54,077 bases of DNA from Octopus bimaculoides (taxonomy: Eukaryota), in contig NC_068983.1 of assembly GCF_001194135.2 (NCBI RefSeq), forward strand, positions 6,527,061 to 6,581,137. The letters run 5' to 3'. The notes beneath the pieces were generated by a model. It was given only the letters and a program-made list of their open reading frames with translations, had not been told where the DNA came from and ran no database searches. The translations under genes and the position numbers were made by a program. Of the stretch, positions 48,200 through 54,077 are shown piece after piece (position 1 is the stretch's first letter; every line of letters begins with the position of its first letter).

Positions 48200-49370
48200 T
48201 GCGATAGATAGATATATAGATAGATAGATAGATACAATATACAAGATAGATAGATAGATAGATTAGTAAATACATAGATAAAAAGATTACTTTAGGTAGA
48301 TAGATAAATAAACGGAAAAAATTAGTAGATAGAAAATATATATGTAGATAGATAGATAGATACAATATACACGATAGATAGATAGATAGATAGATAGAAT
48401 ATATGAGATAGATAGATTGATAGATAGATAGATAGATAGATAGATAGAATATANNNNNNNNNNNNNNNNNNNNNNNNNNNNNNNNNNNNNNNNNNNNNNN
48501 NNNNNNNNNNNNNNNNNNNNNNNNNNNNNNNNNNNNNNNNNNNNNNNNNNNNNNNNNNNNNNNNNNNNNNNNNNNNNNNNNNNNNNNNNNNNNNNNNNNN
48601 NNNNNNNNNNNNNNNNNNNNNNNNNNNNNNNNNNNNNNNNNNNNNNNNNNNNNNNNNNNNNNNNNNNNNNNNNNNNNNNNNNNNNNNNNNNNNNNNNNNN
48701 NNNNNNNNNNNNNNNNNNNNNNNNNNNNNNNNNNNNNNNNNNNNNNNNNNNNNNNNNNNNNNNNNNNNNNNNNNNNNNNNNNNNNNNNNNNNNNNNNNNN
48801 NNNNNNNNNNNNNNNNNNNNNNNNNNNNNNNNNNNNNNNNNNNNNNNNNNNNNNNNNNNNNNNNNNNNNNNNNNNNNNNNNNNNNNNNNNNNNNNNNNNN
48901 NNNNNNNNNNNNNNNNNNNNNNNNNNNNNNNNNNNNNNNNNNNNNNNNNNNNNNNNNNNNNNNNNNNNNNNNNNNNNNNNNNNNNNNNNNNNNNNNNNNN
49001 NNNNNNNNNNNNNNNNNNNNNNNNNNNNNNNNNNNNNNNNNNNNNNNNNNAGATAGATACAATATATACGATAGATAGATACGATCGATAGATAGATACA
49101 ATATATACGATAGATAGATACGATCGATAGATAGATACAATATATACGATAGATAGATACGATAGATAGATAGATACAATATATACGATAGCTACATACA
49201 TACATGCATATATTAGACAGATTCATACATACACACATACGATAGAAAGATACGTACGTACACAAATAAGATACATACATACATATATACATACATACAT
49301 GCGTATGTACATAAGATAGCTAGAAAAGTGCATGCATATAATAGATAGATAGATAGATAGATAGATAGGA
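48200..49370. repeat. (GATA)n tract with higher-order ~36-bp units, spanning a gap
   Basis: GATACAATATATACGATAGATAGAT recurs at 49051-49190. Confidence 0.9.
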
Positions 49371-49814
49371 TTGATGGAAGCGTACATAAATAGGATTGAG
49401 AGATACACAGATAAATTGGATTGATAGATGGGTAGATAGACAGAGGGAAAAGGTGATAACATATATAAATGGTTAATACGTTGCTAATAGATGGGAATAT
49501 TTTAAGTTAGAATGCTGACAAAATAAATGAAAAGTATTTTTCATTGATGGAGTGTATAAATATAATTTTCACTGACGGCCGCTTAACATGAAATATGAAT
49601 TTTAGCAAACGACCCTTGGCCTAAAATATAATTTAGAATGATAATAAAAAAAAAATAATAAATGATAAAGGGAGGCTGAGAGACAGAAACGTCGAACGAA
49701 ATATATAGTTTGATAACAAACACCTCAATAACTGCCGACATTATTTTAACGGACATACAGAAAAATATTTGTGTGTGTGTGTGTGTGTCTGTGTGTCTGT
49801 GTGTGTGCGCGCGC

Positions 49815-49855
<41 letters not shown>

Positions 49856-49856
49856 C

Positions 49857-49897
<41 letters not shown>

Positions 49898-50740
49898 CGT
49901 ATGTTTCTGTACATGTGTGTATATATATGTACGTATGCGCGTGTGTGTATATATATATATATATACACTTTTGTGTGTGTATNNNNNNNNNNNNNNNNNN
50001 NNNNNNNNNNNNNNNNNNNNNNNNNNNNNNNNNNNNNNNNNNNNNNNNNNNNNNNNNNNNNNNNNNNNNNNNNNNNNNNNNNNNNNNNNNNNNNNNNNNN
50101 NNNNNNNNNNNNNNNNNNNNNNNNNNNNNNNNNNNNNNNNNNNNNNNNNNNNNNNNNNNNNNNNNNNNNNNNNNNNNNNNNNNNNNNNNNNNNNNNNNNN
50201 NNNNNNNNNNNNNNNNNNNNNNNNNNNNNNNNNNNNNNNNNNNNNNNNNNNNNNNNNNNNNNNNNNNNNNNNNNNNNNNNNNNNNNNNNNNNNNNNNNNN
50301 NNNNNNNNNNNNNNNNNNNNNNNNNNNNNNNNNNNNNNNNNNNNNNNNNNNNNNNNNNNNNNNNNNNNNNNNNNNNNNNNNNNNNNNNNNNNNNNNNNNN
50401 NNNNNNNNNNNNNNNNNNNNNNNNNNNNNNNNNNNNNNNNNNNNNNNNNNNNNNNNNNNNNNNNNNNNNNNNNNNNNNNNNNNNNNNNNNNNNNNNNNNN
50501 NNNNNNNNNNNNNNNNNNNNNNNNNNNNNNNNNNNNNNNNNNNNNCGAATGAAAAGGGGAGATAATCTCAAGAATCATGAATTCACAAAAATCGCGATTA
50601 ATAAAAAGTCAGTCTGGTTGTCTGGAGGCAAGAGAACAGCTGTTGGCATGTGTTTCTGTCTCAATAGGCGTCAAACGCACAGCAGTTACCTTACTTTATT
50701 TCCTGCACAATAAGAGTAGAGAACATATATCTCCTATAAA

Positions 50741-51082
50741 GGGTGAAAACCCCCTTCGGTCATGAATGACCATGGGATTGCACCCAGAAAGTTCCTTTCT
50801 GAGGCACAAGTCTGGGCAAGGTTGTTTATGGAAGACCAGCAGTCACCCATGCATATCAGCCTCTCCTCCCCACACGCTACCGATGTTATCCAAGGGAAAG
50901 GCGAAGGACGATACAGTTTGGCATCAATTGCGCCGCAACTCATTTCTACAGTTGAGTGAACTGGAGCAATGTGAAATAAAGTGTCTTGCTCAAGGACACA
51001 ACACACAGCGCGGTCGGGGAATCGAACTCACTACTTCATGATTGTGAGCTCGACACTCTTACCCCTGAGTCATGCGCCTTCA
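50741..51082 (-). mobile_element. SINE family C (tRNA head, CORE-like segment, different 3' half)
   Basis: Minus strand: GAGTTCGATTCCCCGACC B-box, then TGTGTCCTTGAGCAAGACACTTTATTTCAC. The 3' half is unrelated to families A and B. Confidence 0.75.
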
Positions 51083-51869
51083 CCAATAGTAATATGTATA
51101 ATTAAAGCAAAAGTGAGCTAAGAAAACTAATTTAGTAAAGTGAGTCGAATGAATTTGAATGAAAAACACAATAAAGATTATCTTTAATAAATAAAACATA
51201 AGATAAATTCTTGCTTTATAGAAATCAAGTGTGTGTGTGTATGTGTATACATGTGTGTGTGTGTATGTATGTATGTATGTAAATATATGTAAATACGTGA
51301 GTACATATTGTGGGCTCTCCTGTCGGCTTAGACATATGAGGATCCAACAGCCATCATAGCAGCTAGACTAGTCTCACGGATGATTTGTTTTCAGTGGTGA
51401 AGGCTTGTGTAGGATCAGCCACACTTTGTAGAAATGTTGATAGAAGATTGGTTCATGTGTTTGCCACAAACTCAATGAATAACATGCCTCAGGCTTTTCT
51501 GTAAGAGTTCTCCATCCCCTGGTTTAGTTGCCTTCACCACGGCGCTGAGCTCAACACTCCTTGATAGGCTAAACGCCCAGCTGTTCACCAAACTAGAAAT
51601 TTCTAAATCCTCTCGCTCTTTCTCTCTCTCTCTCTCACACATATATATATCGTATAATGTGTGCGTATTTATATATGAGCGATACGTGTGTGCGTGTGTG
51701 TGTGTGTATTAAAGTTGAGGAAAAAAAGTTCGTGCGCCGTGTTAAAATAATAATTATTTTTATGCAAGAATTTATTCAAAACCAACAACAACTATTCTTC
51801 AAAATAAAGGCTCGAAACGTAAAGACAGGCGTAATGCTGCTATTAGAAGGAAATTTTATACAGCGACCT

Positions 51870-52045
51870 GGTAGAATGGTTAGCACGTCGAAATAAGTGT
51901 CTAGCGGCGTTTCTTCCGGCTTTTTACGTTCTGCGACTAAGCCGTTCATCCTTTCGACGTCGATAAAATAATTACCAGTTAGGTACTGGGGGGGGATGCA
52001 ATCAACCCCTACCTTTCCTCAAAACTGCTGGCCTTGTGCCAAAAT
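51870..52045 (+). mobile_element. SINE family A, diverged
   Basis: GGTTAGCACGTCG..TTCATCCTTTCGACGTCGATAAA..CCTTGTGCCAAAATTT. Confidence 0.75.
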
Positions 52046-52055
52046 TTACTAGGTA

Positions 52056-52077
52056 GTAGAATTTTAAAAATAATTAC

Positions 52078-52125
<48 letters not shown>

Positions 52126-52363
52126 AACTTTAAAAATAATTAGTAGTAGTAGTAGTAGTAGAACTTTAAAAATAATTAGTAGTAGTAGTAGTAGTAGTAG
52201 AACTTTAAAAATAATTAGTAGTAGTAGTAGTAGAACTTTAAAAATAATTAGTAGTAATAGTAGAGCTTTAAAAATAATTACTAGTAATAGTAGTAGAAAT
52301 TTTAAAATAATTAATACTACTATAACTGCTAGTAGCAGTAGAATTTAAAAAATAATTACTAGT
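52056..52363. repeat. Compound array: eight AGAA(C/T)TTTAAAAATAATT cores separated by variable (AGT)n
   Basis: Counted directly. It lies between a SINE A tail and a SINE B head. Confidence 0.95.
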
Positions 52364-52364
52364 A

Positions 52365-53160
52365 GGCGCAGGAGTGGCTGTGTGGTAAGTAGCTTGCTTA
52401 CCAACCACATGGTTCCGGGTTCAGTCCCACTGCGTGGCACCTTGTGCAAGTGTCTTCTAATATAGCCTCGGGCCGACGAAAGCCTTATGAGTGGATTTGG
52501 TAGACGGAAACTGAAAGAAGCCCGTCGTATATATATGTATATATGTTTGTGTGTTTGTGCTTGTCCCCCCGGATCTTTTTTAAAACGGGGGCCACATTTT
52601 TCATTAATGTTTTACGTAGTGTTTTTGGTACGGAAAGACTTTCAAACTTCGTATACTTATCTATTTTGTGTTATAGAACAGAAAAATATTTTTGTATTCG
52701 AATTTATTTCATGTAAAAAATTGTCTTATTTCGATAATTTCAACCAATCACTGACGTCCATTCAGTCGATATACATTAAGTGCCGACTACATAAACAAAC
52801 GATTCTTCGTTTTATTTGCTTTTTTTCATTTTAAATTTGCTTTAACCCTAACCCTAACCCTAACCCTAGGGTTAGGATTAATTGTTTCAGAATCGTTTGT
52901 TTATGTAGTCGGCACTTAATGTATATCGACTGAATGGACGTCAGTGATTGGTTGAAATTATCGAAATAAGACAATTTTTNNNNNNNNNNTGACAACCGAT
53001 GCTGGTGTGTTTACGCCCCAGTAACCTAGTGGTTCAGCAAAAGACACCGATAGAATAAGGCTTACAAATTCTTCCAAAGAATAAGTCCTGGGGGTCGATT
53101 TGCTCGACTAAAGGCGGTGCTCCAGCATGGCCGCAGTCAAATGACTGAAACAAGTAAAAG
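52365..53160 (+). mobile_element. SINE family B interrupted by a GGATC-family MITE
   Basis: Head and body at 52365-52570. The body resumes at 52990 and ends in the CAGCATGGCCGCAGTCAAATGACTGAAACAAGTAAAAG tail. Confidence 0.9.
52571..52979. mobile_element. GGATC-family MITE with a perfect 91-bp internal inverted repeat around telomeric repeats; right end lost at gap
   Basis: Same 37-bp left TIR as 45868. 52716-52806 is the exact reverse complement of 52889-52979. Confidence 0.9.
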
Positions 53161-54077
53161 GTAGTAGTAGTAGTAGTAGTTGTTGTAGAATCATAACTAT
53201 CGTCTGCAGTTTCTTGGTTGTCATCATCATCGTTATTCGTCCGAAATTTGTATGAATATTTATATCAGTAGTCAAAGCGGAACGAAAATTGTTTCGGAGA
53301 TAAATTAACAAATAAATGAATTAAATAAATAAATAAATAAACTATATTTAAAAAAAAAAAGAAAGCATGGTGGCGGAAATGAAATAAATGACATCTATTA
53401 ATATAGGTAAAGATATTCAAGAGATGGCTGTTGTATCTTCTCAAACGAGGGCCGCGACGTCTTTGATGTCACGGCCGAGCTGTGAAAGAGGGATTTATCG
53501 GTCCGTTTACATAGTGGTAACGTCTGCTAAATAGTCAGTAAATGCGTTACTTAGAATCACTGTTAATCCATTCGTTTTTGGTTTGTTTGGCGATTTTTTT
53601 TTTCTCATTTTATTTTGTTTCGTGCTTTTTATTTTGTGGGGGGGGGGAAGGTCTAGATCCACGTATTTGTGTGTTGGTTTGTGTATGTATGAGTCCTTGT
53701 TTTCATGCGTTCGTTTGTGTTAGTTTGTAATTGTGAGTCTAGCTGTTTATGTATGAGTACCCGATTGAACCACCGAAGGAACACACGCACAAGCACGCCA
53801 GCACGCACGTACGCGCACACACGAACACCTATGCGCGCGCGGACACAATTTAAATGAATGCGTGTGTGTGTGTGTGTGTGTGTTCGTTTGAACTTACAAC
53901 CGGGAATGACACTACTCAATCCTTGTGCTAGAGATTATTTGAATGATGAATGAAAATATACATATATATATATATACACACAAACATATATACTAGACAT
54001 TATTTCAACGAAGAATGAATAAACACACACACACACATACATACATACATACATACATACATACATACATACATACA

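Overview
AT-rich eukaryotic draft-assembly DNA with 16 N-gaps and a very heavy microsatellite load ((TA)n, (CA)n, (GATA)n, (AAT)n). The SINE repertoire looks to me like a coleoid cephalopod, probably Octopus; this is recognition from memory, not a database result. I found no protein-coding gene I can name: nearly all listed ORFs are microsatellite or N artefacts, or transposon debris, so the window is probably intergenic or a long intron. A few splice-signal-bounded candidate exons are flagged at low confidence. The real content is a transposon landscape. It has three tRNA-derived SINE families, two decayed mariner transposons (one near full length with D34D spacing), RTE and CR1/L2-like LINE fragments, a Helentron-type HINE, and pogo/Tc2-like MITEs. 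It also has several GG...CC TIR elements with verified 8-bp target duplications (Merlin-like) that carry telomeric TTAGGG repeats. Most notable: (1) a near-canonical type I hammerhead ribozyme (minus strand, 1183-1252) inside an inverted, circularly permuted ~450-nt repeat unit, resembling a Penelope pseudo-LTR or retrozyme; (2) the telomere-repeat-bearing Merlin-like MITEs; (3) a LINE copy with twin-priming-type 5' inversion whose 3' tail is shared with a local SINE family.
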